A stretch of DNA of 64,000 bases from an uncultured Holophagales bacterium (GCA_963842525.1 CAWJGT010000003.1:1-64000), one strand, 5' to 3'. Shown: positions 34,887 through 45,232, counted from the stretch's first letter. Notes: a model not told the origin generated them from the sequence alone. Numbers and translations: made by a program.

Positions 34887-36965
34887 GTGGATCCGGAGTT
34901 CGCCGATCTCGTTCCGCTCTTCGTCGAGGAGGCGCGCGACCGTATCGAGCGGCTCTCCTCCTTCGTGCTCCGGCTGGAGACGGACGGCCGGGCGGTGGTC
35001 GAGATCAAGCGCGAGCTGCACACTCTCAAAGGGGCCGGCCGCATGCTGCGGCTGGGGGCCCTCGCCGAGCTCTGCCACGCGGCCGAAGAGGTCCTCCAGA
35101 CCCGCTCTCCCGATCTGCCCGGGCTGATGACCCGGGTCGTCGATCAGCTCAGCAGGATGGTGGACGCGGTCTCGCACGGCAACGATCCGCTGCACGACCC
35201 CGAGCTGCTCGGCCTCCTCGGCCAGCCGCGGGCGAAGCAGGCCGTGGACCCGCCGGCCGCCCCTCCCGCGAAGGAGCCGGATGCAGCCCTTCCAGCTCCG
35301 GCGCCTGCGCCCCGCAGTCCCCTCGCCGGGGACATCCGCGTGGACAGCGCCGCCCTCGACGCGGTGGCCGAGCGGGCGACCCAGGTGCGCATCCTGGCGC
35401 TCTCCGGCCGGCAGATCGTCGAGAGGCTCTACGACCTCGCCCGGCTCGCCGAGGAGGGCGTGCGCGAGCCGCAGCCGGTGCAGGTGCTGGCCGTCCTCTC
35501 CACCATGCTGCGGCGGGTCGCGGTGGAGCTCGAGGGCGGGCAGCGGCGGCTGGTCCGCGCCGGCGAGCAGCAGCTCGAGAAGATGCTGGCGCTCCAGCTC
35601 CAGCCTCTGCGCGGGGCGATGCACGTGCTCGCTCGCCATGCCCGGGAGCTGGCCCGATCCCTTCACCGCGAGGTCGAGGTGGAGCTGGAGGGGGAGGACA
35701 CGCGGCTCGACCGCCGCATCGCCCGCGAGCTGGAGGACGCGCTCCTCCATCTGGTGCGCAACGCCGTCGACCATGGCATCGAGCCGCCCGACGTGCGCGA
35801 GGGCAGCGGCAAGCCACGGATCGGGCGCCTCCAGGTCCGGGCCGTGCCGCAGGGTCCGAAGGTCCGCCTGTCGATCTGCGACGACGGAGGCGGGGTCGAC
35901 GTGGCCGGGGTGATCGAGCGGGCGGTGGCCCTCGGACTCGTGGACCGGGCGAGCGCCTCCGGGCTGAGCCGGGACCGGGCCCTGCGCTTCCTCTTCACCC
36001 CGGGGTTCTCCACCCGCGGCCAGGTCTCGGAGATCTCCGGCCGCGGCATCGGGCTCGACGTGGTGGCCGGCGTGGTCAACCGTGTGGGTGGCGAGATCTT
36101 CCTGGACACCGAGCCGGGCGAGGGCACCACAATCACCATCGAGGTGCCGGTGGCGCGCCGGGGCGAGGCGGTCATGCTGGTGCGGGCAGGACAGCTCCGG
36201 CTGGCTCTCCCCTCCGCGGTGGTGCGGCGGGCCACCCGGCTCGACCCGGACAAGGTCGTCGAGCGCGACGGCCGGAGCTTCGCCCGCTTCCCGGACCGGC
36301 TGGTCCCGTTCGTCCCGCTCGCCCGGCTCTACGGCCAGACGGCGAGCGACCAGCAGCTCCTGCTCGAAGGGGTGATCTCGGGGCAGCCGCTGGCGCTGGC
36401 GGTGGACGACGTCGAGGGAGAAGAGGAGGTCCTGGTGCGTCCCCTCACCCGGCGGGTCGCCACCGACCGGCTCCTCGAAGGGGTCGCCCTGCTGGCGTCG
36501 GGAGAGCCGGTCGGGGTGCTCTCGCCGACCGTGCTGTCGCAGCGCGACGTCCTGCGCGCTCTGCCGGGCGGGCGCGACCGGATCGTGATCCACAAGCTGC
36601 GGGTCCTCCTGGTCGACGACTCGCTGGTGACCCGCGAGATGGAGCGGCGGCTGCTGGAGGATGCCGGCTTCCAGGTGGCGGCGGCCGGCGACGCCGACGA
36701 GGCCCTGGGCCTCCTCGGCGAGCAGACGTTCAACTGTCTGGTCACCGACATCGAAATGCCGGGCATGGACGGCTTCGAGCTGACGGCGCAGCTCCGGGCC
36801 ATGGAGGGCCTCACGCAACTGCCGATCATCGTGGTCTCGACCCGCGACCGGCCCGAAGACCGCCTCCGCGGCCTCAAGGCCGGCGCCGACGCCTACCTGA
36901 CCAAGCAGAGACTGGACGCCGGCGAGCTGGTGGACCTCGTGCGCCGCCTCGGGGGTGGACGTTGA
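34887..36965 (+). CDS. cheA: Hybrid CheA kinase (Hpt-HATPase-CheW-REC), WspE-like
   Basis: ELHTLKG, RNAVDHGIE, DDGGG, PGFST...SGRGIGLDVV, C-terminal receiver. Confidence 0.93.
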   Translation: MDPEFADLVPLFVEEARDRIERLSSFVLRLETDGRAVVEIKRELHTLKGAGRMLRLGALAELCHAAEEVLQTRSPDLPGLMTRVVDQLSRMVDAVSHGNDPLHDPELLGLLGQPRAKQAVDPPAAPPAKEPDAALPAPAPAPRSPLAGDIRVDSAALDAVAERATQVRILALSGRQIVERLYDLARLAEEGVREPQPVQVLAVLSTMLRRVAVELEGGQRRLVRAGEQQLEKMLALQLQPLRGAMHVLARHARELARSLHREVEVELEGEDTRLDRRIARELEDALLHLVRNAVDHGIEPPDVREGSGKPRIGRLQVRAVPQGPKVRLSICDDGGGVDVAGVIERAVALGLVDRASASGLSRDRALRFLFTPGFSTRGQVSEISGRGIGLDVVAGVVNRVGGEIFLDTEPGEGTTITIEVPVARRGEAVMLVRAGQLRLALPSAVVRRATRLDPDKVVERDGRSFARFPDRLVPFVPLARLYGQTASDQQLLLEGVISGQPLALAVDDVEGEEEVLVRPLTRRVATDRLLEGVALLASGEPVGVLSPTVLSQRDVLRALPGGRDRIVIHKLRVLLVDDSLVTREMERRLLEDAGFQVAAAGDADEALGLLGEQTFNCLVTDIEMPGMDGFELTAQLRAMEGLTQLPIIVVSTRDRPEDRLRGLKAGADAYLTKQRLDAGELVDLVRRLGGGR

Positions 36966-38416
36966 ACCGCATCCTGGTCGTCGACGACAGCGAGATCACG
37001 CGGGCCATCCTCGCCCGCACCCTGCGCGGCGCCGGCTACGAGGTCCTGGAGGCGCGCGACGGCGCGGAAGGTGCGCTCATCGCCCTGCGGGAGCGGCCGG
37101 CGGTCGTCATCACCGATCTCGAGATGCCGATCATGGACGGCTTCCCCCTGCTCCGCCTCCTCAAGGCCGACCCCCTCTGCGCGCACATCCCGGTGCTCAT
37201 CCTGACCAGCCACGCCGAGGCGGCATCGCGCTTCTGGAGCCTGCGCACCGGCGCCGACGCCTACCTGACCAAGGACCACCGCCCGCAGGACCTGGTGGCC
37301 ACCGTGCGCGCCCTTGCCCGGCAGTCCGCCCGGGCGGACGCAGCCGCTCCCACGAATGGCGGCCCCGCGGGCCCGCTCCTCGCGGCCTCGGGCACCGAGA
37401 TCGGCCCGCTGGACGTGCTGGCTCGGGTGGCGCGCCAACTCGACGCGAGCCTCCTCCAGGCGACGGTGATCAACACCCTGCTCGAGCGAGGCATGGCCGC
37501 CGCCGACTTCCACGAGGTCAGCCGCGCCGCCCTGGAGACCCTGGGCGAGGTGGTGGATGCGCGGTTCCTGGCCGTGGCCGTGGCCGAGCCCGAGTCGGCC
37601 ATGGTGCAGATCGTCCTCCAGGAGCCGCTGGGTCAGGTGGGCCTGGACGTGCTGCACGACCTGCTCGTCCACCGTCTCGACCTGCCGCCGGGGAAACCCA
37701 TCGAGGTGCAGGTGAGCGGCGCCCGGGGCGAGGGGTCGGTGGACCTCGCGGGCACCCGCTGGTGGCCGCTGTCGTTGCGCGACGCCCGCGGCGTGCTCGC
37801 CCTCCTTCCCCGTGACCAGCAGCCTTTCGGCATGGCGACGGCCAGCCTGATCGACGACCTGACCGGAGCCCTGACCCTGGTCCTCGACAACGCCCGCCTG
37901 TCGCAGCGCCTGCGCGAGCTGTCCACCCTGGACGGCCTGACGCGGCAGCTCAACCACCGGGCCATCTACGACCGCCTCACCGAGGAGCTGGACCGTTCGC
38001 GCCGCTACCGCTATCCGATGAGCGTGATCCTCGGCGATTTCGACCACTTCAAGGAAGTCAACGACTCCTACGGCCATCTGGCTGGAGACGCGGTATTGCG
38101 GGAAGGGGCCGCGGTGCTGCGCCGCTGCCTGCGCTCGACCGATCTGCTCGGCCGCTACGGCGGCGAGGAGTTCCTGGCCGTGCTGCCGCAGGTCGACCTG
38201 GAGGCGGCGAAGCTGGCCGCCGAGCGCCTGCGCCAGGGCCTGGAGAGCTTCCCCGTGCGGCTCGAATCCGGCGTGACCGTCCACATCACCGCCTCCTTCG
38301 GAGTCGCCTCCCGCGACGAGCTCTCCTCCCAGGTCACCGGAGACCTCCTCGTCTCCCTTGCCGACCGCCGCCTCTACGAGGCCAAGGACGCGGGAAGGAA
38401 CTGCGTGCGGCCATAG
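36962..38416 (+). CDS. Response-regulator diguanylate cyclase (REC-GAF-like-GGDEF), WspR-like output
   Basis: N-terminal receiver; DFDHFKEVNDSYGHLAGD; RSTD I-site; RYGGEEF. Confidence 0.93.
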   Translation: MNRILVVDDSEITRAILARTLRGAGYEVLEARDGAEGALIALRERPAVVITDLEMPIMDGFPLLRLLKADPLCAHIPVLILTSHAEAASRFWSLRTGADAYLTKDHRPQDLVATVRALARQSARADAAAPTNGGPAGPLLAASGTEIGPLDVLARVARQLDASLLQATVINTLLERGMAAADFHEVSRAALETLGEVVDARFLAVAVAEPESAMVQIVLQEPLGQVGLDVLHDLLVHRLDLPPGKPIEVQVSGARGEGSVDLAGTRWWPLSLRDARGVLALLPRDQQPFGMATASLIDDLTGALTLVLDNARLSQRLRELSTLDGLTRQLNHRAIYDRLTEELDRSRRYRYPMSVILGDFDHFKEVNDSYGHLAGDAVLREGAAVLRRCLRSTDLLGRYGGEEFLAVLPQVDLEAAKLAAERLRQGLESFPVRLESGVTVHITASFGVASRDELSSQVTGDLLVSLADRRLYEAKDAGRNCVRP

Positions 38417-38423
38417 GCGCGCC

Positions 38424-38810
38424 TTACCAGACCGTATCTACGATCGCGGACGAGCGGATGTCATCATCCTTGGTGACCAGCGTAATCCCCAATTCCATCG
38501 CGGTCGCCACGATCATCCGGTCTGCAGGATCCCCGTGGAATCCACTATCGAGAGTGCCTGCTGTCACCGCAATAGAGGGAGTGATCGGGAGCACCCTGAA
38601 AATGTCTCCCGGCAGGGCTCCTTGGACCCAGATCCGGACGTCGCGATCGAATGCCAGGCGCTGCTTGGAGACCAGCATAGCCACCTCCCAGCAACTGATG
38701 GCCGAGACGCCGAGCTCGTCGGCGGCTGCGATCGCCACACGAGCGGCGGGGGAGAGGCGTTCCGGGGCGGCGTTCCACCAGACCCAGACATGCGTGTCGA
38801 GAAGGATCAA
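38424..38810 (-). CDS. vapC: VapC family PIN-domain toxin
   Basis: ILLDTHVWVW...SAISCWEV...HGDPADRMIVATA...LVTKD. Confidence 0.92.
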   Translation of the reverse strand: MILLDTHVWVWWNAAPERLSPAARVAIAAADELGVSAISCWEVAMLVSKQRLAFDRDVRIWVQGALPGDIFRVLPITPSIAVTAGTLDSGFHGDPADRMIVATAMELGITLVTKDDDIRSSAIVDTVW

Positions 38811-39031
38811 GATTCGGCGTCCCAGGTCTCATCCGTGGGAGAGACGATGTCCTTCTCCCAGAGGATACTGCCCAGGAGGGGGCGCGGCTTCTCGAAGGGA
38901 ATGACCTTGGCGACGGGTTTGCCCTGCCGGGTGACAATGAGAGTCTCTCCCGTCGCCGCGACCTCGTCGAGCAGAGAGAGACTATGGTCTGCAAATTCCT
39001 CTGCGGCTACGGAACGTGCTTTGGTCGACAT
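38807..39031 (-). CDS. Phd/YefM family antitoxin
   Basis: EF....LSLLDEV..TGE..IVTRQGKPVAKVIP; upstream of vapC. Confidence 0.9.
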   Translation of the reverse strand: MSTKARSVAAEEFADHSLSLLDEVAATGETLIVTRQGKPVAKVIPFEKPRPLLGSILWEKDIVSPTDETWDAES

Positions 39032-39121
39032 GGCTCAGTCCTCGATCGGTTCTGGCCGGGGCGGCCTACGCCTGCACTTTAGTCTACCTCTTCGGCAGAC
39101 TTCGGGCCTTCAGGGTAGCCC

Positions 39122-39493
39122 TCAGGCCGCTCCCAGGAAGTCACGGCGGATCCGCTCCATCCGCTCCCGGTTGACCCCGAAGTCCCGGACGCCATAGCGG
39201 GCTGCCGAGCGGAAGTGGATCTGCTTCGCTCCGTCGTCGAAGGCGAATTCGACGTCGTCCGGGAAGCGGAAGACCCGCGAGCGGCAGACGGCGTGGAGGT
39301 AGTCCGGCTCGTCCTGGACGATCTTCGTCCGCTCCATGGCGCGCAGGACGCGGAGCAGCCGCTCCCGCGCTTCGGCCGGCGGGCCCGTATACGGGATCGG
39401 GTCCATGTGCTTCGAGCCGGGCGGCGCCAGGGTCGAGACGCAGTTCGGGGTCCGAGGGCAGGGGGCCAGCCGGGAAATGGACGGTGTCGTCAT
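39122..39493 (-). CDS. DUF1499 domain protein
   Basis: LAPCP.TPNCVST...F.FPDDVEF...RSAAR.G..DFGVNR.RME. Confidence 0.85.
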   Translation of the reverse strand: MTTPSISRLAPCPRTPNCVSTLAPPGSKHMDPIPYTGPPAEARERLLRVLRAMERTKIVQDEPDYLHAVCRSRVFRFPDDVEFAFDDGAKQIHFRSAARYGVRDFGVNRERMERIRRDFLGAA

Positions 39494-39544
39494 CGCTCTG
39501 CCGCCATCCTACTCTATGATGAACGGCTTCTTGGAGACCGCGCC

Positions 39545-40648
39545 ATGACCTCGCTCGACAGCCTGCCCACGCCCGCGCTCCTGCTCGACCTCGACGTGCT
39601 GGAGCGGAACCTCGGGCGCATGGCCGGGAAGGCCGCGTCCCTGGGCGTGACCCTGCGCCCGCACATCAAGACCCACAAGTGCATCGAGGTGGCCGAGCGC
39701 CAGCGGGGCCTCGGGGCCTCCGGGATCACGGTCTCGACCCTCTACGAGGCCCGGGTCTTCGCCGATCACGGGTTCAACGACATCACCTGGGCGTTCCCGG
39801 TGATCCTCAACCGGCTGGATGAGGTGCGGGACCTGGCCGGCCGGGTGACGTTCCGGGTGGTGGTCGATTCCCTGGAGGCCGTCGCCGCCTTGGACCGGCT
39901 CGGCATCCCACTCCATGCCTGGATCAAGGTGGACTGCGGCTATCACCGCGCCGGGGTCGATCCCGAGGCTCCCGAGGCCGTGGAGGTGGCCCGGGCGATC
40001 GCCGGCTCGCCGCGGCTGACGTTCGACGGCATTCTCACTCATTCGGGCCATTCCTACAACGCCAAAAGCCGGGAGGAGGCCGCCGCCATCGCCGAGCAGG
40101 AGCGCCGGGTGATGGCCGGCTTCGCCGAACGCCTGCGGGTCGAGGAGATCGAGGTGCCGGGCGTGAGCGTGGGGTCGACCCCTGCCATGTCGACCGTGGC
40201 GAGCCTGGAAGGGATCACCGAGGCGCGGCCGGGCAACTATGTTTTCCATGACTACGCCCAGGTGGTCATCGGCTCGTGCGCGGTCCGCAACTGTGCCGTT
40301 ACGGTCGTGTCGAGCGTGGTGTCCTCCCGGGGCGCCCACCGGGGGGACAACCGCTGCGTGGTCGACGCCGGGGCCCTGGCCCTCTCCAAGGACACGGGGC
40401 CGGACCGCCCCGAGCATCCGACGATGGGAGAGACGTTCGCCGACTATGCCGCGGGTGTCCTGAGCCCCGGCGTGCGGCTCCTCTCCCTGTCCCAGGAGCA
40501 CGGGATCCTGAGCGCCTCTCTGCCTGTGGGGACGCGTGTGCGCATCCTCCCCAACCATTCGTGCCTGACGGCGGCGTGCTTCGACGAGTATTTCGTGGTC
40601 CGCGGCGACGAGGTGGTGGACCGCTGGCGGATCTGGCGCGGCCGTTGA
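39545..40648 (+). CDS. D-threonine aldolase / DSD1-type PLP enzyme (alanine racemase fold)
   Basis: TPALLLD, LRPHIKTHK, GSTP, EARPGNYVF, SQEHG, PNHSC. Confidence 0.9.
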   Translation: MTSLDSLPTPALLLDLDVLERNLGRMAGKAASLGVTLRPHIKTHKCIEVAERQRGLGASGITVSTLYEARVFADHGFNDITWAFPVILNRLDEVRDLAGRVTFRVVVDSLEAVAALDRLGIPLHAWIKVDCGYHRAGVDPEAPEAVEVARAIAGSPRLTFDGILTHSGHSYNAKSREEAAAIAEQERRVMAGFAERLRVEEIEVPGVSVGSTPAMSTVASLEGITEARPGNYVFHDYAQVVIGSCAVRNCAVTVVSSVVSSRGAHRGDNRCVVDAGALALSKDTGPDRPEHPTMGETFADYAAGVLSPGVRLLSLSQEHGILSASLPVGTRVRILPNHSCLTAACFDEYFVVRGDEVVDRWRIWRGR

Positions 40649-40805
40649 CGCCGCGAGCACTATGCTAAGCTAAAGCGCCCTGCCGAGCGGGGGGAGAGGG
40701 TGGCGTTGTCACGCCTGGGGCACTTCCGGCACTTAGGAGAAGGGAAGATCCACTCGGCCGCCGGCCGGGTTGAAACGGACATCCGATGAGGGACAAGGAG
40801 ACATC

Positions 40806-41075
40806 ATGAGCTGGGAAGACCGCGAAGACACTACGATCTACAAGGTCGTGATGAATCACGAGGAGCAGTATTCCATCTGGCCGTCGCACCGCGAGAACCC
40901 CCTGGGCTGGAACGACGTCGGCAAGCAGGGGCCGAAGCAGGAGTGCCTGGACTACATCAAGGAAGTCTGGACCGACATGCGGCCGCTCTCGCTGCGTAAG
41001 AAGATGGAAGAGATGGAGCGCGAGCGCCAGCAGCAGCAGGAGCAGGAGCCGCAGCAGGGCCAGGAGAGCAACTGA
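40806..41075 (+). CDS. mbtH: MbtH-like protein
   Basis: [10 protein letters not shown]...P.GW...[15 protein letters not shown]. Confidence 0.95.
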   Translation: MSWEDREDTTIYKVVMNHEEQYSIWPSHRENPLGWNDVGKQGPKQECLDYIKEVWTDMRPLSLRKKMEEMERERQQQQEQEPQQGQESN

Positions 41076-41103
41076 CCGGCCGGACCGCGCTGTTCGAAAG
41101 CCT

Positions 41104-41877
41104 ATGAAACCCAGCTCTTCCCCTGCCGAGCGGTGGCTGGCCTACCGCGAGGTCAATCCGCGTGCCCGGCTGCGCATGTTCTGCTTCCCGTATGCCGGGG
41201 GCGGCGCGTCCGCCTATCGCGGCTGGGCCTCGTCGCTGCCGTCCGACGTCGAGGTCTGCCCGGTGCAGCTTCCGGGCCGCGAGAGCCGCCTGCGCGAGCC
41301 GGCGTTCGACCGGCCCGTGCCGCTGATCCAGGCGGTCGCCGACGCCCTGCAGCCGTGGCTCGACATGCCGTTCGTCTTCTTCGGCCACAGCATGGGCGGC
41401 ATGATCAGCTTCGAGCTGTCGCGGGAGCTGCGCCGGCGGGGCCAGAAGCTGCCACTGCACGTCTTCGTCTCCGGCCGGCGGGCGCCGCAGCTCCCGGCCC
41501 GGGACGAGCCGATCCACGACCTTCCGGAGCCCGAGTTCATCGCCCAACTGCGCGAGCTCAACGGCACCCCGGAGGAGGTCCTGCAGCACGCCGAGCTGAT
41601 GAAGCTGCTCATCCCCGTGCTGCGCGCCGACTTCGCGGTCAATGAGACCTACGAGTACACCGAAGAGGAACCCTTCGACTTCGGGCTCTCCGCCTTCGGC
41701 GGCCTCGGCGACGAGGAAGTCACGCGCGAGGACCTGGCGAGCTGGCGCGACCATGTGCGGGGCCGCTTCCGCCTGCGGATGCTGCCGGGGGACCACTTCT
41801 TCCTCCACGGCGCCAAGGACCTGATCACCGAGGCCGTGGCCCGCGACATGGCCGAGCTGCCGGTCCCGGCCTCGTGA
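41104..41877 (+). CDS. Type II thioesterase
   Basis: CFPYAGGGAS, GHSMG, GDHFF. Confidence 0.95.
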   Translation: MKPSSSPAERWLAYREVNPRARLRMFCFPYAGGGASAYRGWASSLPSDVEVCPVQLPGRESRLREPAFDRPVPLIQAVADALQPWLDMPFVFFGHSMGGMISFELSRELRRRGQKLPLHVFVSGRRAPQLPARDEPIHDLPEPEFIAQLRELNGTPEEVLQHAELMKLLIPVLRADFAVNETYEYTEEEPFDFGLSAFGGLGDEEVTREDLASWRDHVRGRFRLRMLPGDHFFLHGAKDLITEAVARDMAELPVPAS

Positions 41878-42632
41878 CCGGCTTCCCGCCGCGCTCCGGA
41901 GGACCCGTCCTGGAGCTGCCGCCGGGCGAGATCCACATCTGGTCCATCCGCCTGGACCCTCCCGCCGACCGCGTGGAGCGCCTCGGCCGCTCGCTCTCCT
42001 CCGACGAGTGGGAGCGGGCGAATCGCTTCCGCTTCGACCGCCACCGCCGGCAGTACGTGGTGGGCCGCGGTGCCCTGCGGTCCCTCCTCGCCGCCTATCT
42101 CGGCACCCGCCCCGAGCTCGTCCGCTTCGGCTACGCCGATCGGGGCAAGCCCTTCCTCTCCACCCCCTTCGCGGAGAGCGACCTGCGCTTCAACCTCTCC
42201 AACTCGGACGAGCTGGCCCTGGTCGGCTTTGTGCGAGGGATCGAGATCGGCGTCGACATCGAATACCTGAAGCCGATGCCCGACTGCGAGCAGATCTCCG
42301 AACGGTTCTTCTCGGAGAGCGAGCGGGCCGTCCTGCGGGAGCTCCCGGCGCACCAGAAAGAGGAAGCCTTCTTCAACTGCTGGACGCGCAAAGAGGCCTA
42401 CCTCAAAGCCGTCGGCACAGGCCTCGCCGCGCCGCTCGACTCCTTCGACGTCACCCTCGCCCCGGGCGAGCCACCGCGCATGCTCACCCTGGAAGGAGAC
42501 GCCAGCCGCGCCGCCCGCTGGGCCTTCGAGCACTTCCGTCCCGCCGACCAGTACATCGGAGCCTTCGCCATCGAAGGCAAGCCGTCAGGCGAGGGGGAGT
42601 GGCGGGTAGAGCGCTGGAGCTTCGAAGGGTAG
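41874..42632 (+). CDS. sfp: Sfp-type 4'-phosphopantetheinyl transferase
   Basis: GKP, FNLS, IGVDIE, WTRKEAYLKA.G.GL. Confidence 0.93.
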   Translation: MTGFPPRSGGPVLELPPGEIHIWSIRLDPPADRVERLGRSLSSDEWERANRFRFDRHRRQYVVGRGALRSLLAAYLGTRPELVRFGYADRGKPFLSTPFAESDLRFNLSNSDELALVGFVRGIEIGVDIEYLKPMPDCEQISERFFSESERAVLRELPAHQKEEAFFNCWTRKEAYLKAVGTGLAAPLDSFDVTLAPGEPPRMLTLEGDASRAARWAFEHFRPADQYIGAFAIEGKPSGEGEWRVERWSFEG

Positions 42633-42647
42633 ACCCTCCTGCGCTCG

Positions 42648-42969
42648 GTATCCACCGCGGCGTAAGCTTATCCACCGCAACATATCCTTATCCACCGCAG
42701 CGAAGCTTATCCACCGCGACGTAAGGATATCCACCGCGACATAAGCTAATCCACCGCGTCTGGCGTTATCCACCGCGAGATAAGAATATCCACCGCGACG
42801 TATCCTTATCCACCGCAAGATAAGCGTATCTGCCGCGACGCAAGGATCTCCACCGCGACTTAAGCGTATTCACCGCGTCTAGCTATAGCAGTAGCGTATC
42901 ACGATCTCACCGCAAGATAAGCTTCTCCGCCGCGACGTAAGCTTATCCACCGCAACTTAAGCTTATCCA
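42648..42969 (+). repeat. Degenerate tandem array of about 20-bp units (TTATCCACCGCGACGTAAGC), about 15 copies
   Basis: Exact TTATCCACC at 42668, 42688, 42707, 42766, 42806, 42943 plus variants in register. Confidence 0.9.
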
Positions 42970-43585
42970 GAGCTTCTACGAGTCCCACCGGCCGCTGGCC
43001 GCGCTTCACCGCAACCTGGAGCGGGAGAGAACAGATGTCGCTCGGCGCCGCCGCGAGCTCTATTTGCCTCAGAGCCGGCTGTGTAGCGCGGTAGATGCGT
43101 AACCGCGCCTGCTCGGGAAAAGATGCCGCGGCGTTGTCAACTGGGCTACGCCTGCCCGAAGTGGAGCGAGGGCTCCGTCCGGCCTAAGCCCACCCCGACA
43201 TAGGGCAGACAGCGGTTTCGGCATCCCGGAAGACTGCGATCCCCTGGAAGGGTGGATCGTGGATCCGAGCCAATGCCATGTCTGTGAAGCAGCCGCGTCC
43301 TAGGTTCAAAATGTGCCTGGGGAGGGCCTGCGGTCAGCAATGATCGTGGTGTTCTTCTGCGAGATGCACGGGCATACCCGCTGTCACCTCATTCGGAACG
43401 AGGGCACCTCATTCCCGCGTACTTCTCGGGACGCGGACGCGGGTTGCCGCAGCCGGTCCGCCGGGAAGTGGGACCAGGACGCCGACTATCGCACGCACTG
43501 CCGGGGATCTAATACCTTCCCTGCTTCCCGTCGTCTGAGCCTGTAGTGGAGCGAGTCGCCTCTCCTGTGGGCGAGGCAGAAAGGG

Positions 43586-45232
43586 ATGGCCATGAAGACG
43601 ACGAGGAATCGATGGATGGGATGTGCGATGCTCGCGGTCTGGGTTGCCGCCGTGCCGGTGGGTGCGGCGGTCATCACGGTCGAGGCTCCGGCCGACGACA
43701 ACAACACACAGGACATGACCTGCACCCTGCGCGAAGCGGTGCAGTCGGCGTTCGAGGACAATCCTAATCAGTCCAACAAGGGGTGCACGCCTGGGAATGG
43801 CGCCGACACAATCGTGTTCGACGCGGGCGCGGTCCCGCCCGGGACGGTGATCAAATTACCGCTCGGCTCGATCTCGCTGAGCTCGAGCGTGACGATCCAG
43901 GGGCCGGCCACGTTGAGCAACGCGGCCGGCTCTCCGATCTTCGTGCTCGCCAGCTCCTTCAAGATCACGATCAAGGATATCGACTTCCACCAGGGCTCGA
44001 CCTCGGGAAGCGGAGGCGCGATTCTGATCAACGGCGGTGACGCCGACGTGACGATCGACAACTGCACCTTCACCGAGAACCAGGCGGGCTCGGAAGGCGG
44101 AGCGATCTCGGCGGGCGGCGGCAAGCTCACGATCAAGAATTCCTATTTCGGGCTCAACACTTCGGGGCAGGGCGGCGGTGCTGTCAAAGCCTCGGGGATC
44201 GTGACGATCGAGGACTCCTGGTTCGAGGACAACGTCGCCGGTTTTGGCGGCGGCGCGGTCTACTGCGGAACAGGGGCCTTGACCGTGAAGCGAAGCTACT
44301 TCGGGCTCAACATCGCGAGCGGCGGCCGGGGCGCGATCTTCACCGGTGGCGGTGGCCTTCACACCCAGTGCAGCACCGAGATCCTCCACTCGCATTTCTA
44401 CGCCAACCACACGTTTGGCGACAGCAACGGCGGCGGACTGTACATCGGGGCGAGCGGCTCTGCCAATGTGAAACAGTCCCTGTTCCACCTCAACAGCGCG
44501 GGCTTCGGTTCGACGCTCGGCGGTGGCGGCGGCGGCATCTTCAGCCAGGGGGAGACCGTCCTCGACCGCGTCGTGATCTGGCAGAACGTCGTCAAGGGGG
44601 GCTTCGGCGGCGCGGGGATCCAGTTCTTTGGAAACTCGACGAAGAAGAGCACCGTGGTCAACTCGGCGGTGTTCAAAAATACAACGACCGCGAAGGACGC
44701 GATGAAGATCGACGGCGAAGGTATTCCCTGCTCGGACATGGAGGTCTGTCTCGGTGCCGGAATCTCGGTGGTCGGAAAGGCCGAGGTGGAGATCATCGCG
44801 AGCACGCTGGCTTCGAACTCGGGCCGGGAAGAGCTCTTGGTCGACAGTGATGGCAAGGTGGAGCTGACCAGTACGCTGATCGACGGCGAGCTCACCGACC
44901 AGACGTGCGGCGGGCAGTTGGGGCAGATCCACGACGGTGAGCTCAACGCGGGAGGGTTCAACCTCCAGTGGGGCGGGCTCTTCGGCAATCCGACCTGTCT
45001 CGTGATCGACAAAGGAAAACCCGACATCCAGATCCTGACCGGCGGCAGCTTCCCCGCCTCAACCCCGTTCGGTCCGCTCGACTTCCCCTACCCCCGCCCG
45101 AGCGCGGCCGGTGCGGCGGTCGAGGCGGGAGATTGGGTGAGCTGCGCGATCTTGCCGGTCGACAGCAAAGATCTCCTGGACAAGGATCGACCGCTCAAGT
45201 GCACGGTGGGAGCGGTCGAGACGTTGAACTGA
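43586..45232 (+). CDS. Secreted CSLREA-type / polymorphic-membrane-repeat beta-helix protein
   Basis: Signal peptide, CTLREAV, repeated F..N.A...GGAI motifs, C-terminal CTVGAVE. Confidence 0.85.
   Translation: MAMKTTRNRWMGCAMLAVWVAAVPVGAAVITVEAPADDNNTQDMTCTLREAVQSAFEDNPNQSNKGCTPGNGADTIVFDAGAVPPGTVIKLPLGSISLSSSVTIQGPATLSNAAGSPIFVLASSFKITIKDIDFHQGSTSGSGGAILINGGDADVTIDNCTFTENQAGSEGGAISAGGGKLTIKNSYFGLNTSGQGGGAVKASGIVTIEDSWFEDNVAGFGGGAVYCGTGALTVKRSYFGLNIASGGRGAIFTGGGGLHTQCSTEILHSHFYANHTFGDSNGGGLYIGASGSANVKQSLFHLNSAGFGSTLGGGGGGIFSQGETVLDRVVIWQNVVKGGFGGAGIQFFGNSTKKSTVVNSAVFKNTTTAKDAMKIDGEGIPCSDMEVCLGAGISVVGKAEVEIIASTLASNSGREELLVDSDGKVELTSTLIDGELTDQTCGGQLGQIHDGELNAGGFNLQWGGLFGNPTCLVIDKGKPDIQILTGGSFPASTPFGPLDFPYPRPSAAGAAVEAGDWVSCAILPVDSKDLLDKDRPLKCTVGAVETLN

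Noticed and set aside
42648-42969. 20-bp array as CRISPR or oriC
   Set aside because: No spacers of CRISPR length; no dnaA context or AT-rich unwinding region visible
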